A stretch of DNA of 58,624 bases, the filler included, from Sphacelaria rigidula (lineage: Eukaryota), in NCBI GenBank assembly GCA_964200075.2. It is 4 parts of 4 records of this genome, joined end to end, with 100 filler letters (N's around TTAATTAATTAA, not from the genome) between each part and the next. Parts side by side here need not be neighbours in the genome. Positions count along the whole stretch, not along the records: positions 1 to 14,582 come from CAXNAA020002164.1; 3 more parts are not named here. The stretch is one strand, 5' to 3'. The notes beneath the pieces are model-generated. The model did not search any database, was not told the origin of the DNA, and saw only the letters and a program-made list of their open reading frames with translations. Shown here one piece after another: positions 1-12,070 of the stretch (its first letter is position 1; every line of letters begins with the position of its first letter). Made by a program: the position numbers and the translations under genes.

Positions 1-26
1 CCACCGGGTGCCAGACGAAAAAGTGA

Positions 27-290
27 ATGCTGTGGGTAATTCGAAGAGTTAGGCGCTGAAATTATGACACAACATATTTATTATCACTGCGCGCAACATT
101 TCTCGAGGTGCATCCGTTTTTTTTTCACGGTTCTATAGCATTTTTCTAGTTTTTACAAAAACGTCAAGTCGCTCTAACTTCCTGTTTGTTTGTTTTTTTG
201 TGAATGCACCTCGAGAAATGTTTTGTGTAGTAATGATACAAATGCTGTGTCAAACTTTCAGTGCCTAACTCTTCAAATTCCCCACAGCAT
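27..290. mobile_element. Foldback/MITE-like inverted repeat
   Basis: 27-113 (ATGCTGTGGG..GAAGAGTTAGGCGCTGAAA..TTTCTCGAGGTGCAT) is the degenerate reverse complement of 204-290 (ATGCACCTCGAGAAA..TTCAGTGCCTAACTCTTC..CCCACAGCAT). Confidence 0.75.
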
Positions 291-916
291 CGCCAAAATA
301 CATTTAAAAATCACTCTCAGCTGGCCCAGCCTGTACTTTTTCCCGACAATTGGACGATTTTCGTGTGACTGAAAAAACCCAGAATCCGGCCAAGAGTAAA
401 ACTGGGAGTACGAAAGATCGGACAAGCGCGCTGGAATCCTCCTGAAAAATATAGCAAGTCTTTCCGAGGAGGCCAAATCCGCCAAGGACCGTATTCCGCC
501 AATAATCCGTTATGAAGAGTTCAAAAGGGCAGTTCTCAGACAGATTTTCTTTTAGTCTATAAGAAGCGGCCTAAGGTGTCGAGTGTACGCGTTCAAAGCA
601 CAAGGACGACTCCACGGCTATAGGGTGGGTGTGGATGAAGAGCAAGAGTATGTAGAGTGTGAACAGGGAGGGCGTCGCCTGCACGCGCGACTCACCCGTA
701 AAGAGGTTCGACTCTAAAACCAAGTGCATCCGGGCGGAGAAATGCAGGGAAAAGAAAAAGAAAACAGATTTCTTGTCTCTGGTCGTTATGGTGTCCTCGA
801 ACAGCCTGTTCACTTTTTGCGCCCTGATTAGAAAAGCTAACAGTACGGTAGGGGTACACTCTTTTTGTCCGACCCGTGTCTTGAGGTAACTCCACGTTGC
901 GAAAACAAAATGGTGG

Positions 917-944
<28 letters not shown>
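917..944. repeat. (AT)n microsatellite
   Basis: Perfect AT dinucleotide run. Confidence 0.95.
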
Positions 945-947
<3 letters not shown>

Positions 948-1260
948 ATCCATATTTTGTGGTGTGTCCAGCTGCGAGAGGATTGTCTCACGGTCAGAGG
1001 CAACTTCGTCCGAATTGCACCAATGCGAGCGCCGGAGAGTCTAACAGTCTATCTAAGTCTAGTCCTCTTGGCTCAGAAAAAACTTTGTGCACCCTTACTG
1101 TTGTTGCACAACTCCCTGGAAGTACATACAAGAGTTCCCGGTCCCTTCCCGTTCCCCTGCACCCTTCCCTGCCTGCCGTCTTGCTTGTTCCATTCTTCTA
1201 ATTATATGCTGTGATTGCCCCCCCCTCCCCCCTCCACGCCTCCCCTTTTTTAATACACAG

Positions 1261-1434
1261 ATGAGCGCTATGAGGGAACACAAGATGGCCATGGAGCTGC
1301 AGGCGCTGGGACCCGAGGGTCGGGAGGAGTTGGCCGCGAGGGTGTTGGAGCTGAACAAGAAGCACGCCGTGGCCATTATGACGCTTACGACACAAGAGGA
1401 GAAGGCGGCTTACATCAAGGGTATCCCGGAAGAG
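1261..1434 (+). CDS. Exon of spliced gene with His-rich C-terminus (MSAMREHK...KGIPEE)
   Basis: Pyrimidine tract plus ACACAG acceptor ending at 1260, GAG|GTGAGG donor at 1435. 174 nt, phase 0, joins in frame to 1873. Confidence 0.75.
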
Positions 1435-1872
1435 GTGAGGCTGGTCACGCGACATGCAACTGACGAAAATTTTGGACGGAGGAGGGACATGTGGTTACTT
1501 GGTCTAGGGGCATTCTGCTCTTGTTGTGGTTTAGTTGGTTAGATTGTGTACTTGCTCGGTGATTTTTTGATCGGTTGAACGATTGGTTGTCGCACATGAA
1601 ATGTTTGTTCTGCTAGGAATCCGGCCGTGATCATTGGATAGATGATGGACGCACTCGGGGTAGGCGAAGAGGAAGGCTCGCTGGAAGAAACTCGAGAGAA
1701 CGGGAAAATGAAGAAAGAAACAAATACCATCCATGTGTAAGATACACTCAGCTTGCAAGCATGCTGCACGGGAGACATACTGTCCACCGCTTTTCGTGTC
1801 ACAATGTTGAAGGAACTCAAATGGACATGATATCATCATCCATGCTTTGCCCCCGTGGTTGTGCGCGCTTAG

Positions 1873-1980
1873 GAGCAATGGGAGATGGCAAAGCTCCGAA
1901 TGTTAACCCACGGTCCGCGAGGTGGAATGAATATGGGTCATGGGCACACCCACGCAGATGGCCAGCCATGCACGGGACAC
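1873..1980 (+). CDS. Exon of His-rich-tail gene (EQWEMAKLRML...HGHTHADGQPCTGH)
   Basis: TTAG acceptor ending at 1872, CAC|GTAAGA donor at 1981. 108 nt, phase 0 on both sides. Confidence 0.75.
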
Positions 1981-3025
1981 GTAAGAGTTCTTGTCTTTTC
2001 TTCATCTTCATCTTCATGTTTTTTTATTTTTTTTTGTTTCTTCATTGCTATTTTAGTTTCATGTTTCCTTTTTTTCATTTTTTTTTTTCATTGATCCAAC
2101 GTTTGTTCCATTCAAGATCCTGTTCATTGTTACTATATACTTTACATGTATGCGATGCTTACCGCAGGAGATGTTTTCGGACTGGCTGATTGCTGGGGGG
2201 GGAGGGGGGAAAATAGTCGAGGTGATCCCTCTCTACATATGTTTTGGGAAGCCAGTATCTTGCGTGTTATACTAGTCGGAGATGTTAACTACCGCATGTG
2301 ATAAATAGTATATCACCCGTACGCTGAGTAACACCCCCGATATGTGCTCTGGCATGCTGTTGGCACACCATTTACTGTACCGGGTTACGTTGAATACCAC
2401 CCCTGGGTGATACATTTTTCGGAATCATTTTTTCTCGAAATCCTCAAATTTATCACCCAAGGATATTGAAATACTGTCGCCACAATCGGTGGAAAAACAG
2501 ACATGAAACTGTCGTTTTTGTGTTTTTACTTGGCCTCGCCGTTTAGCTCCCAATTGGGATGTTTGCGGCGTTTTGGCAATCGCTGCTCGCCGTCTCGAGC
2601 CATCAAGTACGGTTTTGTAGGATGCACGTGCTCCGGCTGCACGTATGTCTTTTTTTTCGGTGGGGTCATGTTCGCCTGATATGTATACATACACACGTAT
2701 GTATTGGATTTAACCCTTTCGGGCGGAAAAAAAGATGAAAATGCACTCGGGTGCAGACTCGAATTTCATGTTTAATGATGGCACGTACAAGTGCGGCTGG
2801 TCATTGCCGCATTACCACCCCAAAACCGAAGAAAGCACAGAGGGGCAGGCAGTGGGGACACGGGTACTAATGCAAGACCAGAGAAAGGACCATGGTGTAG
2901 CAACAGCGTATCTGAGAGAGGAGGCATTCGCATTTTCGAGGCTTTTGTGTTCACAAAGTTCTATTATATATCACGCGTAAAACCTTGTCCATAGAGTCAG
3001 CTTTTGAAACCTGCCTATAAAAACG

Positions 3026-3076
<51 letters not shown>

Positions 3077-3089
3077 CGTTGTCGTTGTT
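3026..3089. repeat. (GTT)n microsatellite in intron
   Basis: Long TTG run ending in GTC variants. It produces the spurious poly-L/Q/N ORFs in the track. Confidence 0.95.
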
Positions 3090-3194
3090 TATGTACGCGC
3101 GTTTGCCTGCATGCTTCGTGAATTCGCCTGTAAATTTCGCGTCGTGCCTCCGTTCCGCGTTCGCCTCTCCGTCTCTCTCTGCAATCGGTTGTAG

Positions 3195-3326
3195 CATCAC
3201 GGTGATCACCTTCATGGTGAGGCGCAAGCTGTTCCCGGCGATGGTCATCACGCAGCCAGCCACTCACATCATCACGAACATGGCGAGCACTGCTCGCACG
3301 GCGGTGGCCATGACAAGGAGTCTTGA
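3195..3326 (+). CDS. Terminal exon, His-rich tail (HHGDHLHGEAQAVPGDGHHAASHSHHHEHGEHCSHGGGHDKES*)
   Basis: CT-rich tract and GTAG acceptor ending at 3194. 44 codons ending in TGA 3324-3326, in frame with exon 1873-1980. Not in the ORF track. Confidence 0.78.
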   Translation, partial: HHGDHLHGEAQAVPGDGHHAASHSHHHEHGEHCSHGGGHDKES

Positions 3327-3696
3327 GAGCAGCGTAGCCTATCGTACCGAGGGGGGGTGTACTCATGAGCAGGAGGAGGGGATTGGGGAGGCTGATTTTG
3401 AGACGTGACATTCTGAGGCCTTATCATTATCAGCACCCTGTTGTCCTGTTATTTTACGTTTGTTCTGCCCTTCCTTTGCCTTTTGATTCCTGAATCTGAA
3501 TCGTTTGTATTTTCGGTATGGCACGATGACTGACCGTGCAGCATTGCACTGCGCTCAAGTTTGGTCTCGCGCTGTTTTTTTTTTTTTTTCGAAGCGTGTG
3601 ATTTCGATGACATTTTGGGTCAGCGCTTAAGTCGAGTATAGTACAGTGAACACGTGAAAATACAAGTTGAGGACGGATTCATTTATTGAGGATAAT

Positions 3697-4022
3697 CCTT
3701 GGGAGCCTTGATAATGCATCGGAATTTTCTCGGAAAACAAACTGCGAGTGCACTATCTGGCCCCGGTGTGTGGCCTCGCTCACGCGAAGAAACAATTTCA
3801 TCCGCAATTTGTAAAACCTCGTGAGCAGGGGATTCTGACAAATAAACCCATTTTTTTTTTCGGGAATGAACGGAGGTCGAAATCCTTCGGTGTAAAACAC
3901 GAGATTTTTACAAGTAGCGGGTGGATTCTTTTGAGGATGAGCGAGGCCACACCGAACGGCCAGAGAGTGCATTTGCATTCATATTTCGAGAATATTTACA
4001 ATGCACATAAAGGTTCCCAAGG
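3697..4022. mobile_element. Foldback element, ~125-bp inverted arms
   Basis: CCTTGGGAGCCTT/AAGGTTCCCAAGG, GTGTGGCCTCGCTCA/TGAGCGAGGCCACAC and TTTGTAAAACCTCGTG/CACGAGATTTTTACAA pair symmetrically. Confidence 0.75.
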
Positions 4023-6065
4023 TTCGTTCTTATAAAAACAAGAAAAACATCCTTGAATGTAACATGCCGTGTTGTATTGGTAGTCCAGCCGTACTGTCTA
4101 ATGGACGGTACTTTTTTTTTGCCATACATGATTCACATTTGCACGTTGTGATGGCACGGGGCTCGAACAAATCCCCCCTTTCACCGCTGGGGGTAGGCCA
4201 TCTGGGTCACGCACTACTTTTTCAGGTGAAACTAATGACGATTCAACTGATGATCTGATTTATCCTGGCGTCCAAAGGGTGAAGTGAGCGTGACCAGGTT
4301 GTTGGCCACGAGGTACAACACCCGATTCGAAAGTTGATACCATGACTTATTTTCTGGGAGTAGACTTGTGTGTTCCTGTTGTGCACGCAGTAGCCAGGTA
4401 CTAAAAGCTTGATTTGGATGAGGACATGGAAATTATAAGTCACATTTGGATCTTGATTTTTTTTGCCACACCCGCTTTGAGCAGATGCCGTGTACGACGG
4501 TGACCTCGTATGCTGTTCTTCCGTGTCTTTTGTTACCGTGATGAACGTTTCCTTCGCTGAAACGATTAAGGGTTGGTTGTCGTTATTTCGTGTCCCCCTT
4601 CTCCTCATTCCCCGGTGTTTTGGTTTTGTTTCTTGTTTTCATGTTTTTGAATATATTGATATTTCTCTGTTTCAATCTTCTAATTCCCGTTCCGCGTGCG
4701 TACGTACCTTGGTGTGTGTGTTTTGTGTTTTGTGTTTTGTGTTTTTTTTCATGTTGCGAAGTTTTGTCTGTTTTTGCTTCTTGCCCGCGAGCTAGGCGAT
4801 CTGGTCCGTTTTTGCAATACATCTGCATGTGTATGTATTGATTTCAGTGATTTTACTAGTGGTTGTTTGATTCCTTCAATAAAAAGCGTCCAGTGCTCGC
4901 CGTCACGTACGGATGCTCTCCCGAAAAAAATGGTTGAGTTTGAGGTGATGCACACTGTTTCGGGTTTCGGGTGGCCGCCACGTCATGCATCACCAAGCAC
5001 CCCATGAGTAGAAGAAGCGGGGAAGGTTCCAAGTTAACAGGAGAGGGATGGTGCCTCTGCCTGACGGGAAGACATGCTGCGCCTCTACAATACATGTACA
5101 GTAGTATTCGAGGAATATTTTGATAAGAAATGCGCTGTCGCTCCGACTCTTTGCTGTACCGTACAGCGTTGCTGCGGCACGTTTGTGCGGAGTCAGACTC
5201 TGTTCCAAAACGAAAAGAGACCGACTCCTTGCGATGGACCCATGCTTTCTCGGCACCTGCCTAGAATGCCCCCCCTACCCCCCATCCCACGTGTGTGAAG
5301 TGTCGAGGGATTGCAGTGAAGCGGAATCGGAATAATTTTACGCAGTAATAATAGTATAGTGGTGCAATGAGCGGGATGTTCGATTGGTGTTTTGACCCAT
5401 TTTCACCATATACTGTCGTATAGGGGTAGGGTTGTAAAGAAGGGAGGGGGCAAGAAAAAGTGCGGGTGGTTTTCTACCGGCAGAAACAACAAGGATGGGT
5501 GAGTCTGTCTGATTAACCAAAAATGCTTGATCGATGGGTGACGTCATCCACGGACGACAAGGCGCCAACTTATTGCAGAGGGACTCAGGACCATCCATGT
5601 ATGACTGTGTTCGCTGGGAAATGTTGGTCAGTCGGGAATTCCGTCGGCCGGGAGAGAAACTCTCGGGAATTCTCCCCATCAAAACCCATGAACCAACGTA
5701 GCAGCAGGGATCCTTCCCCTTCTCTCGCACAGTGGTGATTTCTGCGGTTCCTATTTATATGTTTTTGGTTGGTGTTATGTGACTGGCTTCGTCTCGGGTG
5801 GTTGTTCTTCTGGAGCTTCGTATTGTAGTACACGTGGGGCTGGTTTTGGCAACACCAGCAACTTTTTTTGTTTGTGATGTCGGGGTGGAAGATGTAGTAA
5901 GTCATTTGGCCTGTAGCGGCGTTTATATTATTGTCATCGTGAAACGTTCGCACCGGGATGTCCTCGTGTGCTTCGGATCCTTCTGCGACGTTCATTTTAT
6001 TTTTATTTTTATAAATGCTCCTTCTGTGGCACAACGTAGTGCCCTTCGGTGGTGTATTCTCGCAG

Positions 6066-6363
6066 GTTTATATTCCTGAAGACAGCGGACAAAACAACAG
6101 CCGAATTGTCGGGATCGAGCCTACAACGCCCTTCCCCCGCGAACCATGCGCACGTCGCCTTGGAATACGTCATCTTTGCTCCGCGCGGTACTCCTGGGGT
6201 ATACAGGAAGAACGCCAATATCACGCTCGACCTTCGCACGGATGGGTCGGCGGTACTTGATTTGAGTGCATGCGCTCACCTTCGCCCACCTGAAGGGCTG
6301 GTTCACGCGGAAGACCCAAAATTCTGTCGTCAGCAAATTCCTCCTGCAATACGCACCCAATAA
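6066..6363 (+). pseudogene. Probable coding exon remnant, unknown product, abutting a TE
   Basis: TCTCGCAG acceptor, then a protein-like frame FIFLKTADK...LEYVIFAPRGTPGVYRK that runs into the repeat starting near 6356. Confidence 0.35.
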
Positions 6364-7566
6364 TCGCATATTATATGGTATCATACTGACCGCAATGAGC
6401 AGACGAAGAGGGTGACGTAGTCGAACTTTTGTTGACGACTATGGCGGTGGCGCTATGGACAAAAATGTGTCTCGACCAATCAGCGCCTTTCAAATCGTTC
6501 TGAAATCGAGAACATGAGTTCCAAGCACAATTTTCACCGAATCTCCCCATGCTTCAAATAATCGTAGTGATCGTCATCACCTCAGGAATTTAACGGGAGA
6601 AACAGATTTAAAAACGGTTCCAACGTGGTCGAATTATACCCACAACCGTAATGTTTCGGTGATGTGGAGTTTTGGCATCGTCTAATTTCCACTCACGATG
6701 AGTAGAAAAAACTCACGGAGCCTCGTGACGATTCCCCTTATACCTGTTGTAGAAAAGCTTAGATCATCCCCCTCAAACTTGGCAGTTCCGTAGGTATTCA
6801 TGCTCCGAATAGAAAAGTTGTGTTCTTGGTAAGATTTCATAGTTTTCCCGTTATCTTCCGGCTTCCGGGGGTCCCAGTAGCTGTAGCGGTATAGAATGCT
6901 TCAAAAGAAAAAAGAATATTATCATGATGCGTCCCGGGATAGTCCAAGGAACACGCGTACAAAGTTTGGTGAAGAAACTCGAAAATCTCGTACAGTTTTT
7001 CTTGCCTTGACGTGAAATTCGCGCAATAAAGACGTTTTCATGATAAAATCAAGTAGTTGGGAGTTCGCACGTTTGAAGTTCACGTTCTCGCACAAGAGCG
7101 CAAAAACCTTCACGCAGTTATCAGGAGGTAGACCCGAAACTTTGCACAAACGTGTAATTAATCATTACGCAAGTTTTAAGTTTCGATCAACGAGGTTTTT
7201 CTACTGCTTGAATTTTTCACCGTTTCGAGGTTCGATGGGATCCAAGTCGTTTTTCGAAGTCGTCCATCCTGGGACCCCGAAAAACCGGCACTACGATCAT
7301 TATTCGTTTCCTACGCAAACGCCCTATCGCCGCAAAACCCAAGGAAGAGCCCCACAAAGTTTCGTAGTCAAACTCGATAAACTGATGCTTGAATTTCATT
7401 GTTTGCGTCGAAGAAGGCCTGAAAAACGCTTTCTTGATACTCAAATCTAGTAGGTTGCGAGATCATCATGGGACGGCGAGGTTCATCGCACAAACGCGAA
7501 AAACTTCACGCCGTTTGAAGGAGGCCCTGAAATTTGCACAGGTGTTCTATGGGTAATTACGCAACT
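6356..7566 (-). mobile_element. ~1.2-kb non-autonomous DNA-transposon-like repeat (copy A)
   Basis: Colinear reverse-complement similarity to 55393-56577 (e.g. CCAATCAGCGCCTTTCAAA, TCTAATTTCCACT, GGGGTCCCAGTA). No long ORF. Confidence 0.8.
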
Positions 7567-7573
7567 AAAAAGG

Positions 7574-8124
7574 TTTTCGTGAGATTAAGAGTTGGGTGCG
7601 GATTGAGAGTGGATCATTCGCTTCAACTTGGCCAATTTTTCATTCCGTGTGTGCTTTTCTTCGTCTCATCACTGCCATGTGCTTACAGCTACACGTTGAT
7701 ATCCTACTCAGGAGTATCGAGGGCCTCAGTGGCAAGCTACTACAGAGAAAATATTGGGCCTGGTGGAGATGAATTTCGGAACTGAAACGGCTCATTCACT
7801 AATTGACCCCTCTTCACTCTCCATCATACCTTCGACTCTCAATTTCACGCAAACGTCAACTTTGGATGAACGGGGTGAAAAGCGGTCACTTAGTGAATGA
7901 GTTGTTCAAGTTCCGAAATGCCCCCCCCACGAGGTCCGATATGCGTTCTGTAGTAGCTCACCACTGAAGCACTTGATATCCCTGAGTAGGATATCGACGT
8001 GTAGGTGTAAGCACACACCAGTATTACAGGCGAAGAGAAGCACACACCGAATGAAAGATTGGCCAAGTCAAAGCGAGTGATAGAACGCAATCTCAATCAG
8101 CGCTCCACTCTCCATCTCACGAAA
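7574..8124. mobile_element. Two inverted copies of a ~280-bp MITE (TIR consensus TTTTCGTGAGATTGAGAGT)
   Basis: 7574-7853 carries its own TIRs. ~7873-8124 is an inverted copy truncated at its inner end. A third copy lies at 43429-43713. Confidence 0.8.
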
Positions 8125-8183
8125 CACTGTTCTACGGCTATGAGCGCCCTCCAAGGGTGAGATAACTTTCGGGAGCAATGCTA

Positions 8184-8419
8184 CGGTAGGGGTGCACTTT
8201 TTTCGCGTAATTTTTTCTGTCTCAGGGGCTCTTAAACGATTCTAGGCGCACAATAATATGGGTCAGGACATCCCCGTTTGTAGATTCATTCGGGATATCC
8301 CCAGCATATTGGAATAGTAATCCTGGCGTACTCTCGCATATTTTCATAAGTCGTGTTTCGGATGAGATAAAGGGCTTCCAACAATTGTAACCTCAGAAAA
8401 TATTTGTGTACCCCTACCG
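8184..8419. mobile_element. Tc1/mariner-type MITE, TA TSD
   Basis: TA|CGGTAGGGGTGCAC...GTGTACCCCTACCG|TA. Solitary ends of the same family at 846 and ~8506-8519. Confidence 0.85.
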
Positions 8420-8579
8420 TAGCATCAGTCTTAGCAAGACTGCGACAGTGGTGTGCTACCGCGCCAGGCTCCTAACCCCTAACAACTCTAACCTTAAAAA
8501 ATATTTGTGTACCCCTACCCCAGCAACACTTTCGGGTAAAATCTGCCGGATCCGTCCGCCTTTTGGGACGCTTTTCCCG

Positions 8580-8785
8580 CACAATCGTGTCAGTGGCAGG
8601 TGTCTATTTGTCTTGTTTTTTAGTCAAAATCATGCCAATTCACACGTCTTCACGAATTGGCATCATTTTGACTTCGAAACAAAGCTAGTAGACACCTGCC
8701 ACTAACACACGATGATCGTGGGGCGAAAGTGAGGAAAAGTGCCACAAACATACCGTGGTAAGGAGTCCGGTCCCAATAGGGTAAA
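8580..8785. mobile_element. Hairpin-containing repeat (family also at 51670-52710)
   Basis: GTGTCAGTGGCAGGTGTCTA..ATGCCAATTC pairs with GAATTGGCAT..TAGACACCTGCCACTAACAC. The downstream GGAGTCCGGTCCCAA is shared with ~52690-52702. Confidence 0.7.
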
Positions 8786-9659
8786 AAAACGATCATCACA
8801 CCTTGATGAGACCCGTGATGCCAGTATGTCACACCTCGGTGTCCATATACGATACCGTGTTGAACGGAGTCGTTCCCTTCAGATGGGCAATGATGAAAGA
8901 CTTTCGCTTTTAACTCCAATTTTTAATTCCCTTCTTACGACGAAAGGACAGCAGGCAAGCATGCAGATGCATGTTCAGTTGCGGGCTACACTTCACACAA
9001 AAGTAACATTTTCCTCCTCACCCTCATACATCGATACTGATACACCAGCCACCGAGGTATATATCCACAAGAAAAAAGTAGGGAGCACAACACCGAGGAC
9101 AAGGATCAAGCAGCACAGACCGACAAAATCGGATACCTTGGCCCAGTTCTCAAAAACCGAGTCACGAGAATTGACGAGAAGATGAAACAATTAAAATACC
9201 AGAACCTTTCCATTAGCACATACTCCCCCCAGCCCCGACAAAATTGCTTTTGAAACGTTTTACAGCACACGTCTACCGTGTTCACATGGACATGGAATCA
9301 TGCCAACTGCCCCCCCCCCCTCCCCTCAAAACTAGTAGGCCAACCCTCCGACACGAACGGCGTTGTCAATCGGGTACGATGGGTTACTGCGATCTCAACA
9401 GGGTACAGTGCTACTGTCTGCCTTTGCTGTCGCTGTCGCCATACCCCGCCGTGTGGGTTGTTTGTTGGCCTCACCACACATGAGACCAGCATTACGCGAT
9501 GCTGTCGATGTGCTGCCGAACATCCTTGGCCACGCCCTCTGCAACACAAAAAAACGAGGGTGATGGACGAAAAAAACATGAAACGCGAGCAGAACCACTC
9601 GTAATGAAACTGAAATATCGACACGAGGTGAAAAAAAAAAACTTTATCGGCCATGAACA

Positions 9660-10610
9660 CGAGCTGGGCTGGCCTAGACGCGGACGTGAGCTCTCAATGC
9701 AACATCTCATCGACACAGACGAGTTGGGCCGTGATACGCATATAGTACTGATCGTTCCATCAAGAGGAGGGTACCCATGCGCTCAACAGTCTGGGCCAAT
9801 TTTTTCCTAGTTAATTAAACCCTGTCTAGTAGTTCCTATACCGTATGGAGATAGCGTCCGTACTAAAGTCTACATAAAACTCCGAGCGATATATACAACG
9901 GATGATGACGATTTTTGGTGTAGATATTCCCTGGAGCACGGGGAAACGATCGATACCCTCACCCTTCGCCTGATTCATTGATCTTGAGATATGGCGCACA
10001 TAATGTTCCACGATAAAGTCAACATATTGCGAGCAGAGGCATTAAATGCACTGAATCTGGATATCGCGTCTCAGTTTGTGAGAGTTGTGCTTTGAAATGT
10101 CGGATGGAGAATTGCTAGTGCATGACGAAATAAAAGAAATCATCTTTACTCTTCATTTCTTTCGTTCTTTACTTTTTCTCGTTTTTCTAGGGCAGTTTTC
10201 AGGAAAAAAGGATAATGCTCTCGGATCTCATCAGTTTCCCAGCTCAATTTTCAAATTTGTGATCTGAAACTTAGCATGGGGAATCGCTGAGGCATACCGC
10301 AGAAAAAACGGATCCTGATTTTTTTTTGGAGGGGGAGAGGTATGGGTGTTGTCGTGAAAATATGTCCTTCATACTAAAACGCCCCAAACCAGTGAAGAAA
10401 AAAACAACAACCTGACCCCCTTCATTTCGTTCATTATGCCTTCGCGAGGTCACACACAAAATTCAGTAGACAAGTTAATGTGACCACGGCTAAATCCCTG
10501 ACGGGTCAGTCAAAGTGCGACGACCAATCAATCACGAACCAAACCTGGGCCGATAGGTGGTCTGCAAAATACTCTTCCGATATTTCTACCGATCCGGTTT
10601 TTTGACGGCC
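9660..10610 (+). mobile_element. Non-autonomous TIR element, CGAGCTGGGC(C/T)-terminus family (copy 1)
   Basis: Starts CGAGCTGGGCTGGCCTAGACGCGGA. ~9705-10290 aligns with 54596-55135 and in part with 26910-27290. 10535-10608 aligns with 27305-27378. Confidence 0.75.
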
Positions 10611-11119
10611 CATTACAGGCTCGGCCGCTTCCAACTGGTGATGTATCGCGGTTTTGGCTACTGTGAGACATCGTGGCAATCTGCAAATCAACGCGCGTCT
10701 TTTACTTCACGTAGCACTGCGATCCGACAAGTTCCCATCAAACGAAATACTGTACCAAACTGTAGTCAGCTGCGAAGTGCAGAGAGTTGAGCGTGACATA
10801 TGCGGCGGAATCAGGGGGAAAAAACGGCTGAAATCGCATTCTCGGTTACAGTCGGTTGTGCCGTGGCCACAAAGTGATGGTGCTGCCAAAGTTGTGCTTG
10901 TTCAACAATGCAGATCGTACTGTAGGCGCGCTGTGTCTCAGATGGCACGCAGACGAGGCCTCCAGCGCGGCAAGGCGTCTGGTAGTAGTGTGCGAACCGG
11001 TTAGCAGTGGGTGAACAAAGCTTGTAGAGGTCGTCGAAGTTCCGGCTGAAGTTGTGGAACTCTACAAGTAAGTCAACCCGTTCTCAGTAAAAAAGCACGG
11101 TTGCGTAGGTCAAATTTGA

Positions 11120-12070
11120 ATAATTTTCTATGAAATGTTCGACACGATGTACATGAGGTAAATGCGAAGCCCCCATCGTTTCCCCTTTATTTCTTCCCCC
11201 CCCCCATGGTATTATTGATGATCCGAAATCCGGAACATTTTTTCGCTACAAAATCGTCGACAACTCATCGAAAAAAAATCAAGGGGGGACAATAGGGTCT
11301 TTGCAACATACCTCATACACATCGTGTCAAAATTTCGTGGAAAAAGACTTGAAATTGAACAGCATAACCGCGTTTCATTTTTTCGTGGCTGGCCCATCTC
11401 CACATAAGAACCGGTCTTCGACAAGAACACGCGATTACGCTGCTCAATTTTTGGGTCGTTTTTTACGAAATTGTGACACGATGTACAGGACGTATGTGTT
11501 GTCGTCTCATCTATTCTGGACGCCGGTGCACACCTTTCGGTATATGTGGGCGCACCAGCCGGGGTCACAGAAGAAAGGCCAACACAGGAGTATTTTCTTC
11601 CTTGTTCATTTTTTGTACTCCACCTTCCTTTTGCGAAACTTGTTTTCTATTTTTAGTAGCGACAGGGGTTCAACAGTCCCTTTCCCTCGTCGACCGTGAA
11701 GTCGTATTTCGAGTGCCCACGACATAGTCGCTCTCCACTGTTGGGCATTTGGTGAGGAAAAATCCCAGATCGCTCCGAGATTCGAACCCACCATCCAGCC
11801 GTCGGAAGGTTCCGAGGTTACCAACAGAGCCACCAGGGGGATCGGACGACCTGTGCGAAGACCCCATCATCTTTCCCCCCTTTTTTTTTCTCCGTGAGGT
11901 TTTGACTACGAACCATTTCAGAACACTTTTTTTCGGAACTAAATCGTGAATAACTCACGAAAAACAACATGTAGGGGATAGATGACGGAATCTTGGCACA
12001 AACGTTCTGTACACCGTGTCAAAATTTCATGCAAAACAACCCGAAATTGAGCTGCATAATTGCGTGGTTA
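11120..12070. mobile_element. Element with alternating inverted subterminal motifs (GACACGATGTACA / CATCGTGTCAAAATTTC)
   Basis: Motif recurs in opposite orientations near 11140, 11320, 11475 and 12010. It hosts the SINE. Confidence 0.55.
11645..11845 (-). mobile_element. tRNA-derived SINE
   Basis: Minus strand has Pol III A box TGGCTCTGTTGG (11832-11821) and B box GGTTCGAATC (11788-11779) at tRNA-like spacing, then an unrelated body and an A-rich tail (CTAAAAATAGAAAACA). Confidence 0.75.

Noticed and set aside
2971..3411. Poly-Q/L/N ORFs
   Set aside because: Products of the (GTT)n microsatellite. The likely real exon is 3195-3326 in another frame.
11760..11845. tRNA gene
   Set aside because: A/B boxes are present but I see no convincing acceptor or anticodon stems, and it continues into a body and A-rich tail like a SINE.
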